Below, piece after piece: positions 11,490 through 22,649 of a stretch of DNA of 64,000 nt. Both the position numbers and the translations under genes were made by a program. The number at the start of each line of letters is the position of its first letter. The stretch's first letter is position 1. The notes under the pieces are model-generated. The model ran no database searches. It was not told where the DNA came from and saw only the letters and a list, made by a program, of their open reading frames with translations. This DNA comes from Octopus sinensis (lineage: Eukaryota), in contig NC_043007.1 of the NCBI RefSeq assembly GCF_006345805.1, forward strand, positions 52,452,001 through 52,516,000, in the 5' to 3' direction.

Positions 11490-12451
11490 AGAAGCTCTTG
11501 TGTTAAAGCAAAGGCTCAGATGGAGTGGTCATCTGGTCAGGATGAAAGATTCAAGGATGCCAAAACAAATCTTTTATGGGGAGTTAGCTAAAGGTGAGTG
11601 ACCCCCACATAAACCAAAAAAGAGGTATAAGGACTTGCTGAATGCTTCCTTAGGAGATGCTTGCATCTCTCCTGACACATGGGAAGGCATAGCTATTGAT
11701 CATAGCAGGTGGAGAGGGATTGTGCACGAGGGGACAGCTACTTTTGAGAAATCTCAAGTTGCACATGAGAAAGTAAGAATCTTTTCATTCCTGAAGCCAG
11801 TTTTTTCAAATTTTTCCTACTGAACCAAACAATTTGAAACTTCGTATACTGGTAGAATGTGTCAAAAGTAAACTTAATTGTAAACCAGAATGAAAACGGA
11901 ATTGTAACTTCTAAGTTTAACATTGTTTAATAATTAGAATTTTAACCAATGGTATTCCGTCATTCGGCTTCATATTATTTACTCCGTCTCGACCACCAAT
12001 TTGGTGACGTATTAAAGATATGGTATCTGAAATGTAAACAAAACTATGTGTATGTATCTATGTATGTATGTGTGTGTATGTACGTGTGTGTGTGTGTATC
12101 TATGTGTGTGTATGTGTGTGTATGTATCTATGTATGTATGTGTGTGTATTTATGTGTGTGTGTGTAAAACTATAACGATGTTTAGTTTTTTCGAGTGAAT
12201 ACTTGGTGTATGTGTATCTGTATGTATGTGTGTGTGTGTGTATGTATCTATGTATATATGTGTGTGTATGTATGTGTGTGTGTGTATCTATGTGTGTGTG
12301 TGTGTGTGTATGTATGTGTGTGTATGTCACACATGTATGTATGGCCGATTCAGTGTTTAGTTTTTCGAGTGAATACTTGGTGTATGTGTATCTGTATGTA
12401 TGTGTCTATGTATGTATGTATCTATGTATGTATGTGTGTATGTATGTATGT

Positions 12452-12490
<39 letters not shown>

Positions 12491-13420
12491 GATCAAAACA
12501 GTTTTGATTCAAATTCTGTGGTACTTATATATTCATACATACATATACATGTAGATGTATATAACATATATATATATTGTATGTAAACATCTTTTATAAA
12601 TATATATAATTCATGCATCTATAATACACACACATTATGAATATATACACATATATGCATATGCATTAGAATATGTGTGTATAGGTGTATATATATATAT
12701 ATATATGCATATGTTTGTATACATGTGTGTGTGTGTGTGTGTGTATAAAAATAAATATAAGCATAACCAAGGTAAACAATGGAAAATAATTTAAACACTC
12801 ATTTTATATATACTCAGGATCTACATAAATTTTATATATACTCCACGAAGTTTGAAAGGTAAAGATCCGGTATTTTAAATTTTTGTTGCATTTCTAATCT
12901 TTCTGATGTCTAAGGATGGATATTTATGCGTATGAATCTTTTTCTTTTTATTTTGTTTAATTCTAGGGAACTGAAAAACTGTGTACGATTACGATAAAGC
13001 AATTGTTTACATTTTGACAAATTGCTTTCCACGTCACAGTGAACACTACGCAGATAATAAGTTCACATAAATACAGACAATACGATTGGCTAAAATTCTC
13101 AGTTTTAATCTACGATTAAAGTCATAAAATAGATTTTTCTCAAATAAACTAGTTCCAACTTGTGTCTTGTTTTGAGACACTCTATGAGTACACGAAGTTT
13201 CAAATTATTTAGTTAACTAGAAAGATCTGGGGTCCTGGCTTCGAAATTGAAAAGATCCGAAAGTAAGGAGGGATGTCAGGAAGGGCATCACTGTTACACT
13301 TCTAGATTGGAACGAACTTCCTATGATGCTGACATGCAGTGTCTGTGCAAGACCCTGCCTCAGTAAAGCTGGACTCAAGAGTCATCTTCATAGTCATAAA
13401 GCAAGACAGATGAGTGACAA
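11490..13420 (+). mobile_element. RTE LINE 3' end split by a DNA transposon insertion
   Basis: LYGELAKG...KRYKD..WEGIAIDHSRWRGIVHEG (11490-11776) continues in frame at 13267 to CSVCARPCLSKAGLKSHLHSH once the insert and one TSD copy are removed. Confidence 0.8.
11777..13258. mobile_element. Non-autonomous TIR transposon, Merlin-like
   Basis: 8-bp TSD GAAAGTAA (11769-11776, 13259-13266); imperfect TIRs of about 95 bp starting G(A/G)ATCTTTTCA and sharing aatttgaaacttcgt.tact. Confidence 0.75.
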
Positions 13421-13499
13421 CCAGGCCAACAAACCAGCCTCTCAGTCTTCAAAAAAAAAAAAAAGAAGAAACGTTGAAGACTTCATTGAGGGGGTATTA

Positions 13500-13755
13500 T
13501 ATGTTGAAGTCGGTATGTTACACACCATACTAATCATATATCAGGAAGAGAGTGTAATTCAGCAGGAGGACTTAAACGACATGAAGCCCAGTTACAACTA
13601 CAGCTGGCTATTGCCAGTAAAGGTTTTAGTTGCCAATTCTGTACAAGACATTGTAGATCGTTAGCTGGGCTAAAAAGTCACATTTGATCACAGCACCAAT
13701 AACAGTTAAGCTTCGTGCAATGGCCATACTCGATAACGAGGGGGCAGCCATCATA
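13500..13755 (+). mobile_element. Second RTE LINE 3' end
   Basis: KGFSCQFCTRHCRSLAGLKSHI zinc-finger-like C-terminus and a short 3' UTR. Confidence 0.65.
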
Positions 13756-13839
13756 TATATACATTCACATGTGTATATATGTGTGTGTGTCTGAGTGTGT
13801 GTGTGTGTATGTATATATATATGTATATATATACACACA

Positions 13840-14160
13840 CATGGAGGCGCAGTGACCCAGTGGTTAGGGCAACAGACTCACGGTTGTAGGATTGTGGTTT
13901 CGATTCCCAGACCGGGTGTTGTGAGTGTTTATTGAGGGAAGACACCTAAAACTCCATGAGGCTCCGGCAGAGGGTGGTGGTGATCCCTGCTGTACTCTTT
14001 TATCACAACTTTCTCTCATTCTTTCTTCTGTTGGCCAGCTCGCTTAGCCATTGGGGTGGCATTATTTGAAAACAAAGCTAAAACAATGCGAAGTGCATTG
14101 TAACCAGCGATGTGTAGCAACATCTGATAGCCTGGTCAGTTACAGTGATCATGGTGATAC
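13840..14160 (+). mobile_element. tRNA-derived SINE (family C-related)
   Basis: catggaggcgcagtgacccagtggttaggg...ggtttcgattccc head; ctccggcaga core shared with 9844-10157. Confidence 0.85.
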
Positions 14161-14188
14161 ACACACATATATATATGTATATATATAT

Positions 14189-15004
14189 ATTTCAACAATT
14201 GAGGGTAAAATTAATTAATTATTAATCAATTTCACCAAGTATTCAGTATGTAAAGGGACCATTTTAGGCGAATTCAAAATATTACAATATATATAAGGGC
14301 TTAGTAAAATAAATTACTTTGCCACATACTGAACTCATTAGAAATAGCAGCTAAAGAAATTTCTTTAGCTATTTCTAATACTTAAAGAAGATCTCTCTCA
14401 GATAGTGTTTGCTCAAATCAACTCACAAAGGTATGGGGGAAAAAACATTAAAAAATCAAGTGCAAAGGTTATTTGAGAACGTACGTTTCTAGATTAGTCA
14501 AATCGACATTTCTTTCGTCAGCTCAGAACTCCTTGAATCGGATTTGGGAACACTGAAAGTGGGAGCATACCCTTTCGGCTTCTTATCACCTCTAGAATTC
14601 TGCTCGAACTAAAAGTGCTATCAAATTCAAAAATATGCAAGCGAAGAATTTCTGCTCTCCCCTTTCCACCAGCGTGGGTTAAAAATGACAAACACTATGT
14701 TTTATCGGTGAAAACCGCAGCATTAAACAGAGAGAGATGAATTATAATTTCAACAATTGAGGGTAAAATTAATTAATTATTAATCAATTTCACCAAGTAT
14801 TCAGTATGTAAAGGGACCATTTTAGGCGAATTCAAAATATTACAATATATATAAGGGCTTAGTAAAATAAATTACTTTGCCACATACTGAACTCATTAGA
14901 AATAGCAGCTAAAGAAATTTCTTTAGCTATTTCTAATACTTAAAGAAGATCTCTCTCAGATAGTGTTTGCTCAAATCAACTCACAAAGGTATGGGGGAAA
15001 AAAC

Positions 15005-15008
<4 letters not shown>
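14189..15008 (-). mobile_element. ORF-less 558-bp unit present about 1.5 times with a hammerhead (retrozyme- or pLTR-like)
   Basis: Apparently identical 262-bp direct repeats 14189-14450 and 14747-15008; the intervening 296 bp carry the HHR. Confidence 0.75.
14474..14525 (-). ncRNA. Type I hammerhead ribozyme with intact catalytic core
   Basis: UGAG-CUGACGA-AAGAAAUGUCGAUUUGACUAAUCUA-GAAAC-GUAC-GUU-CUCA; 4-bp stem I, palindromic stem III ACGUACGU. Confidence 0.82.
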
Positions 15009-15052
<44 letters not shown>

Positions 15053-15525
15053 TTCACCAACAATTTAGATTCAAATGAAGTGGCTTTTTGTTCTAGTGAC
15101 AATCTGAATTCCCTTTATGTATTCTAAATTCTTCCTTTTTTCTGTAACTAACTTAAATCCCTTTTACAGTATTCTATCACATCCCCTTACCTAAATTCCT
15201 ACTAAAAAATTCTGATGGCTCTCAGTGGCAAGTAGGGTTTTTGGTCAGTTAGTAGCTGACCTACTACCTTATATGTTCCTAAGTATTTAATGATCTTTCT
15301 ACACTGACCTAAATTTTTTTGTCTCCACAGATAGATTGACCCTTTGTTCTAGTGACAACCTGTTCTTCTTTTACATTTCCTGAATTTTCCTCCTCTTTTC
15401 TTCAACTAACTTGAATTCTTAACCTTACCCCAATCCATATAACTAAAGAAATTTTTTTATAGCAGTCTGTTGTAAACAAGATTTTGGTCAGTTGGCATCT
15501 GAACTACATGACCACATATTCCTAA

Positions 15526-15924
15526 GATTCATATTTACATCTTTATCTGTATATTTACCTTCCCTAAGATGTTATTAATTGATTTGAAAACTTTATATTA
15601 TTGGAAAACCTATATAAAATTAGCTGAAAATTACTCAGCATCTTAAATCTGCTGTAATATTTACAGGTTTTAATAAAATGTAGTATGAAACAATTGTACT
15701 AAATTATATATATACAAAAAATAAGCAACAAGAATGAATCTGGTAATTTAGTACAATTGTTTCATACTACATTTTATTAAAACCTGTAAATATTACAGCA
15801 GATTTAAGATGCTGAGCAATCTTCAGCTAATTTTATATAGGTTTTCCAATAATATAAAGTTTTCAAATCAATTAATAACATCTTAGGGAAGGTAAATATA
15901 CAGATAAAGATGTAAATATGAATC
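15526..15924. repeat. Long inverted repeat, 181-bp arms with 37-bp spacer
   Basis: Arms 15526-15706 and 15744-15924; only 2 mismatches seen. Confidence 0.95.
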
Positions 15925-16260
15925 CATTTTACCAATGTGCTTTCGGATCATCAACACAAATTAGACTAAACAAGGAAACATTCTTCATTGAAAAGTACAA
16001 GCCCAGACTCAACTATCCGAACATACTGATACAGAGAAATTCACACCAAGGGAAAGGAAAAAATTTTTAAGCGATTATCTCCCTTACAGCGGAAGAAATC
16101 ACTCACTACCTTCCCTTATTTAGAACTCTCTTGAACATAAACATAATGAAAACTCTATTCAACATAAACATAACGTCGCAAGAAATTTGAAAAGCTACAC
16201 GCGAAACCGGTCTTTCTTTTAAATTATGTCATTATAAGAGAAAAAAATTTTTTTTTTAAT
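15878..16260 (+). mobile_element. PLE 3' end (GIY-YIG C-terminus plus pLTR)
   Basis: HLREGKYTDKDVNMNPFYQCAFGSSTQIRLNKETFFIEKYKPRLN fits the R..KE...I....P.LN terminal motif; HHR-like motif downstream. Confidence 0.65.
16181..16217 (+). ncRNA. Minimal hammerhead variant (U3/A8 core)
   Basis: AGAAA(U)-UUGAAAA-GCUACACGC-GAAAC-CG-GUC-UUUCU. Confidence 0.5.
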
Positions 16261-16388
16261 TTTCTAATATTCTTCAGACATATTGACGCAAATATATATA
16301 TTTTTAACATTTAAGCCTTCTGTAGTTTTTTCACTCTTTGCTTTTTTCTATATATTCACCCATGTGCTTTCACAAACCAACTTTCTTA

Positions 16389-16426
<38 letters not shown>

Positions 16427-16429
<3 letters not shown>

Positions 16430-16830
16430 TGGCTGTGTGTGGTAAGTAGCTTGCTAACCAACCACATGGTTCTGGGTTCAGTCCCACTGCGTGGCACCTT
16501 GGGCAAGTGTCTTCTGCTATAGCCTCGGGCCGACCAAAGCCTTGTGAGTGGATTTGGTAGACGGAAACTGAAAGAAGCCCGTCGTATATATATATATATA
16601 TATATATATATACGTGTGTGTGTGTTTATGCATCTGTGTTTGTCACTCTAGCATTGCTTGACAACCGATGCTGGTATGTTTATGTCCTCGTTACTTAGCG
16701 GTTCGGCAAAAAGAGACCGATAGAATAAGTACTGGGCTTACAAAAAGAATAAGTCCCGGGGTCGAGTTGCTCAATTAAAGGCGGTGCTCCAGCATGGCCA
16801 CAGTCAAATGACTGAAACAAGTAAAGAGAG
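16427..16830 (+). mobile_element. tRNA-derived SINE (family A)
   Basis: Near full-length match to the copy at 21227-21650. Confidence 0.93.
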
Positions 16831-17199
16831 TATATATATATATGTTTGTATGTATGCATGTACATATGTATGTGTGTATATATCTATGTATGTATATATC
16901 TATGCGTGTGTTTGTGTGTGTGTGATTATGTGCATGTTTATATATAATATACCACATGTCTACAAGCAAACTTTCAGGTTTCAGTGCATATTATTGGACC
17001 CATGTGAAGACCAGGGTGCTAGTCTATGAGAAAACAGGAAGATACATATAAAGATGATTGATACAAAATGTGGAAAGAGAAGAAAGAAAAGAAAAATAAG
17101 AAAACCAAAATTTTTATCTTAATCTATTGGAATCATAATTAATCCAGCTGGTTTACAATAATATAATAGAGAAGAGGCCAACGTCTGTGAGATAGCAAT

Positions 17200-18420
17200 T
17201 CAATTCAGAGAGGGTGGCGTCCTCTTGTTTGACAAATGAAACTTGTCCATGTGCTTGCTTTTGCTAAAACTCTCAGATCTGGAATTAAGTAGTGCAGTAG
17301 AATTGTTGGAAAGGCGGTGAGCTGGCAGAAACGTTAGCCCGACAGGGGAAATGCAAAGCCGTATTTCGTCTGCTGTTACGTTCTGAGTTCAAATTCCGCC
17401 GAGGTCGACTTTGCCTCTCACCCTTTCGGGGTCGATTATATAAATACCAGTTACGCACTGGGGTTGATATAATTGACTTAATCTGTTTCTCTGTCCTTGT
17501 TTGTCCTCTCTGTGTTTAGCCCCTTGTGGGTAAAGAAATAGGTAGAATTGTTGGATCTAAAAAGAACATGCAATCTTTCAGCTACACATAACTTGCATCT
17601 CTTTGACCCATCTCTGTATGGCATAGATTTCTCCACGATTCTCTACTGTGGTGTGCAGTTGGCCTTCAGATCCAATACATTGTTAACCAACTTAGTGACT
17701 TTTTTTTTTATCAATGTGTCAGAAAGAAGACTTGTGGTTTGCATAACAGCTTTTAAAATTACCTTTGCATAAACTGATGCAATTTTTCTTCTCAATTACA
17801 GCACTGCTGTAACTTTGGTTTTATAATCAACTGAGTTTATCAAACATGCCAGATCAGGTGAGCAAGCTTCAGAGTCTCAACAGTTACAACTGGGAGTTGG
17901 CTCTTGGTGTGACTTATGAGTGATGAAGTCCTTCATATTAAGGCAGCAACTATATAAAATTTTTATTGAGCATCTTTTAAATATCTTCTTGTATTTGTGG
18001 TTTACAGAGAAATATTTGTTTAATAATGCTAGGAATTTCTTGCCTATGTTAGTTTAAACATTTATGGAGAAAGGTGAGGAGGTGAACCTTAATATTTTCC
18101 TAGGTCTATTTTTAGGCTTCATATTTTTAACTGAAGGCTTAGGCAAAATACCATATGGATGAGATGGCCTGTCCATCATATCTAATGCATAATAAGCATG
18201 GTTTGGATTGATGTAATCCTAGTTTTGGCAGGAACCTCAGTGTTAGGAATGAGTGAGGGCCAACTTATTCTGAGTATTTGGTAGCAGCATTACTGGTGAA
18301 ATCTTTCCAAGATTTTTACATGACATGCTTATCTTGTCCAAATTTCAGAACACAACAGTGTAAAAAGAACAAATGAGACATATCCCATGATCTTAGTGTC
18401 AGCTATGATATGATGCTGTG
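17200..18420 (-). mobile_element. Decayed Naiad-like PLE (post-RT linker and GIY-YIG), interrupted by a SINE
   Basis: PFSINV*TNIGKKFLAL, YSCCLNMK, KSMPYRDGSKRCKLCVAE...LLNSRSESFSKSKHMDKF read across the SINE. Confidence 0.7.
17311..17541 (+). mobile_element. tRNA-derived SINE (family B) with 14-bp TSD
   Basis: TSD gtagaattgttgga at 17297-17310 and 17542-17555; ggcggtgagctggcagaa head. Confidence 0.92.
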
Positions 18421-18424
18421 ACCA

Positions 18425-19600
18425 GGCTTTAGATTCTAAGCTGCCAAAGGTTTTTGAATCCAAGAAGTGATTTCCACACCTAGATTGCTTTCAACACGTA
18501 TCATGCTACCCAGATATTTAAAATAAGTCACTACTTTAAGCAGTGTACCCTTAACCAATATCTCAGGTGTGTTGGATTGTTCTCCACAAGCAGATTGATG
18601 CATTACAACAGTTACTTTTAATTAATTGTATGACCAAATATGTCACATAAAGAATCAAAAGTACTAATTAAGTTCTGAAAGCCTTGCTCAATGTAACTTA
18701 CTAGATCTCTCATTTGCATATAAAAGATCATGTACCACAGAGTTAAAGGCCTTGAATTTGAAGTTCATTCTTGTCAGATTAAACACATTACTCAAAGAAC
18801 AGTATTGTATGTAGAAGTCATCTGTTGAAGTTGTAAATGCATTTGAAAGCATAACTGCAAAATATATGAAGAAGAGTGTTGGTGCTTTAATATTACCTTG
18901 CTTAACTCCATTTTCAACCAGAAAAGGTTCCAACAGGGTTAACCCTGGCACTCATATCCTCATGGAAAGCCCTGGTTATACTCACAAACTTTTCAGGACA
19001 GCCAAATTTCTTCAGCACCAGCCACAGCACATTCCTATTAACCATGTCAAAAGCTTTGCTAAGATCCACAAAACAATGGTACAAGCCCATGCATGTTCAT
19101 TGCATCAACTGTCCCTCAAGAAATGAGGAAGCCACATTGTGACTCCAGTACAGCAAGGTAGCAGGGACTGGATTAGGGAGTGGGAGATAACATTTATCAA
19201 GGTTTTCTAAGAGGTAACAAGAAAGTTCCTTCACATCTGATAATAATGATATTTCATGGAATTTTTCACATAAATTCTTGGGACCAGATTTATAAAGAGA
19301 AATGAGAATAGCATCAATCCAGTCTTGAGGCACTTCCTCTTTCTTCCAGTAGTATAGAAGTAAGGAATGATGTAGTTCAGTCATCTTTTCCCCACTTCAA
19401 AATTTCTGACCTAACATCAATACCTGGAGCTTTATTATTATTGATCTTCTTTACAGCTTCTGCAACATCATCTTGTGTTAGCTCAACAAACATTTCTTTG
19501 ACAACAGGAAGGTGTACCATTTCCTCAATCATCCTCATATTTACATTTGATTGTGTTGTGATGAGAGTCATGATGCCCCCTTTCGAGAAATAGACTGGAC
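18425..19600 (-). mobile_element. Decayed RTE (BovB-like) LINE, RT region
   Basis: NNKAPGID, VPQDWIDAILISLYK, ESQCGF, GVKQG..APTLF, LLYA and FKYLGS motifs in shifting frames. Confidence 0.85.
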
Positions 19601-20470
19601 TGAGCTATAATAAATAGTAGTGGTTGGAGTGAAGTTTGTGTGTTAGTTCAAGCAGAGTTCACAGTGAAATCAAAAGGTGCTGGCATGGATTTTACAGCTG
19701 GATGCTACCCCTTTGCAGTGTGGACTGGGTGCTTTTTAAGTGGCACCTGCACTGGTGGGTTCACCAAGTGACTTTGCAAGGCAAGGAGTCTTTGAGAGGG
19801 GAGGGGGCATTGGAGGAGGTGATCGTGTGTCAGATGATGAAGGATTAGAGTGTGACAGAGAGGCAGATGTCTTGTAGAGGAGTCCATGGTTACCCAACTA
19901 GAGAGAGGGAAAGAGAGAAGAAGAAAAAGAGAAAGTGAAAAAGAGAGTGAGAGTTAACAAGAATGAGGGCAGAAATAGTTACCTAAAGAGAGAGAGTGGG
20001 AGTTAAGAAGAAAGTGGTGTGCTGTTGTAAAGAAGATAGTTGGTTACCTAGCCAAAGGTAAGAGCAAGGGAAGGAGGGAGAGAGAGTGATCAAGAATGAG
20101 AGCAGAAACAGGTTTGTTGCTGTAGAGGAGATACATTTATATCTCAGTTAGAGAGGAGGGCAAGGGAAAGAGAGAGAGAGAGAGAGTAAGAGACAGCAAG
20201 AGCAGGAGAGGGATGGTGACAAGTGCCAGGGTATACTTGCAAGGTACATGAATCAGGGCATAGATGGGATGGTAGAGTAAGGAAGAGAGAGATGAATGGT
20301 GGTAGGTGCTGGTAGGGTATGACAAAGGAGTTGTGAGTCAGGGTGGGGGTGGAGGAATGGTGTGACTGGTGAGAATTTGGGTATGTAGAGGGAGAGAGGA
20401 ACGGAGGGAAGCAACGATACAGTGAGCAGGGTAGCAGGGACTGGATTAGGGAGTGGGAGATAATCATAGT
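19600..20470 (-). mobile_element. Old TC-rich retroposon, same general type as 8530-10815
   Basis: GA-rich on plus strand, with an RTE-type tail segment at about 19670-19780. Confidence 0.4.
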
Positions 20471-20570
20471 CTATGAAGAGGAAATGTGAGGAAGAGAAGA
20501 GAAACAGTTTTGGAAGGTGGAGGATGTTGTTTGGTTTGTTGGGGTAGGGTGTGTGAAAGTTTTATTAACT

Positions 20571-20985
20571 CTTTACTCTTTTTTACTCTTTTACTTGTTT
20601 CAGTCAATTGACTGCGGCCATGCTGGAGCACCGCCTTTAATCGAGCAAATCGACCCCAGGACTTATTCTTTTGTAAGCCCAGTACTTATTTTATCGGTCT
20701 CTTTTGCTGAACCGCTAAGTAATGGGGACATAAACACACCAGCATCGGTTGTCAAGCAATGCTAGGGGGACAAACACAGACACATAAACACATACACACA
20801 CATATATATATATACATATATACGACAGGCTTCTTTCAGTTTCCGTCTACCAAATCCACTCACAAGGCTTTGGTCGGCCCGAGGCTATAGTAGAAGACAC
20901 TTCCCCAAGGTGCCACGCAGTGGGACTGAACCCGGAACCATGTGGTTGGTAAACGAGCTACTTACCACACAGCCACTCCTGCGCC
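20571..20985 (-). mobile_element. tRNA-derived SINE (family A), minus strand
   Basis: Full reverse complement of the family A head, body and tail. Confidence 0.93.
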
Positions 20986-22005
20986 TATTAAGATCATTTT
21001 TTTTCACAAACATAGTTTTAGCATCTAACCATGATCACTCAATGGTCTGAATGTATGCTCTGGTCACTGCATCCACTTAATGTCATTGATGTCTCATTGT
21101 CAGATGGCGATAACCTATGGCATTTAAATTATGAATTAGTGAACCTTTTTCACATTCTCTTTCAATAATTAGGATCAGACTGTAAGTATTGACAGTCTGA
21201 GCCCTGTTTGAGACCAAAAATCCACAGGCGCAGGAGTGGCTGTGTGGTAAGTAGCTTGCTAACCAACCACATGGTTCCGGGTTCAGTCCCACTGCGTGGC
21301 ATCTTGGGCAAGTGTCTTCTGCTATAGCCCCGGGCCGACCAATGCCTTGTGAGTGGATTTGGTAGACGGAAACTGAAAGAAGCCTGTCGTATATATGTAT
21401 ATATATATATAAGTGTGTGTGTATATGTTTGTGTGTCTGTGTTTGTCCTCTTAGCATTGCTTGACAACCGATGCTGGTGTGTTTACGTCCCCGTTACTTA
21501 GCGGTTCGGCAAAAGAGACCGATAGAATAAGTACTGGGCTTACAAAGAATAAGTCCCGGGGTCGATTTGGTCGACTAAAGGCGGTGCTCCAGCATGGCCG
21601 CAGTCAAATGACTGAAACAAGTAAAAGAGAGTAAAGAAAGAGAGTAAAGAGCGCCGATCAATTCTACGTCCATGGTTCTATGTCCAACGGACATCACTGT
21701 CTTCACTGTCTTCAAAGAGAGAAGTGTTGTCACTGTCTTCAAAGAGAGAAGTGTTGTCACCATTCAGCATTCTTCCTCAATTGTATTTTCGGCGACCAGC
21801 AAATCTTGCTTCATCAATCTGAATGGGGTTATCGTTGGTTCCAAGCAACTTCCCTTGTTCATGATAAACTATGGCTCCACACACCTTGCGGCACATATTG
21901 TACCAATCAGTTATTGTATTTTTAGATTTTCCTGTTAGAGTCACTGCTGTGGTCATGGGTATATATCCATGACAAAGAAAAATATGAGTTCTAAAATCCC
22001 ACTCA
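20986..22005 (-). pseudogene. Merlin (IS1595-related DDE) transposase relic split by a SINE
   Basis: TITDWYNMCRKVC...NPIQIDEARFAGRRKYN*GRML, NHGRRID | WIFGLKQGSDC, IIERECEKGSLIH, GYRHLT, QTIE*SWLDAK on both sides of the SINE at 21227-21650. Confidence 0.8.
21227..21650 (+). mobile_element. tRNA-derived SINE (family A), full length
   Basis: ggcgcaggagtggctgtgtgg head, ggttcagtccc B-box-like motif, CR1-type 3' stem-loop and purine-rich tail. Confidence 0.95.
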
Positions 22006-22282
22006 GGCTCAACTCGCAGTTTAATTTGTTAATGTTAGTATGATAGAAAAATTGGACACCTTTATTAACTAAACATTTAAGGTAGATAACCCTGGCTATA
22101 CTGTTTGCCAACATGGTAGACCACATACTATACTAGCAACCTGTTTTACTTGTTAATCAGTGCATATCATAAAAAAACCCATAGAGTAATATGACATTTA
22201 GAATAAATAACTATCTAGTACACATGTTTCCATAATAGATATTTATACAATAAATATCTATTACAGAAACGTATGTATATAT

Positions 22283-22480
22283 ATTCTGTTGTCTCTGGGG
22301 AGAGTCATTTTCTTTTTGTGCCTTATAATTTAACACATTCACCGGTAAAATTTCCACTTATTTCTTATTTTTATTTTCCTAAAAATTTCATTGTGTCATG
22401 CAACCTTTTCAATAGTCTTGACTCTGTCCGTTATTTACACTGCGTTCTTTTTTGTTTGTGCGCATGTGTGTGGGTCAGTG
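22283..22480 (+). repeat. Interspersed repeat (probably PLE pLTR-derived), also at 29811-30000 (+) and 30745-30944 (-)
   Basis: ctgttgt.tct.gggagagtcatt.tcttt...ccggtaaaatttccacttattt in all three copies. Confidence 0.8.
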
Positions 22481-22649
22481 TGTGTGTGTGCCTATGCATG
22501 TATGTACATATGTATTTATGTGTGTATGTATGTATGTATGCATGTGTGTGTATGTATACATGTGTGTGTGTGCATATGTATATATGTATGTATGTGTGTG
22601 CATATGTATGTGAGTGCATATGTATGTATGTATTCTGCATATTCATGTG

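Noticed and set aside
13323-13664. 113-aa ORF with a C2H2-like motif as a host zinc-finger gene
   Set aside because: It is the RTE C-terminal zinc motif fused by chance to a second RTE 3' end in another frame
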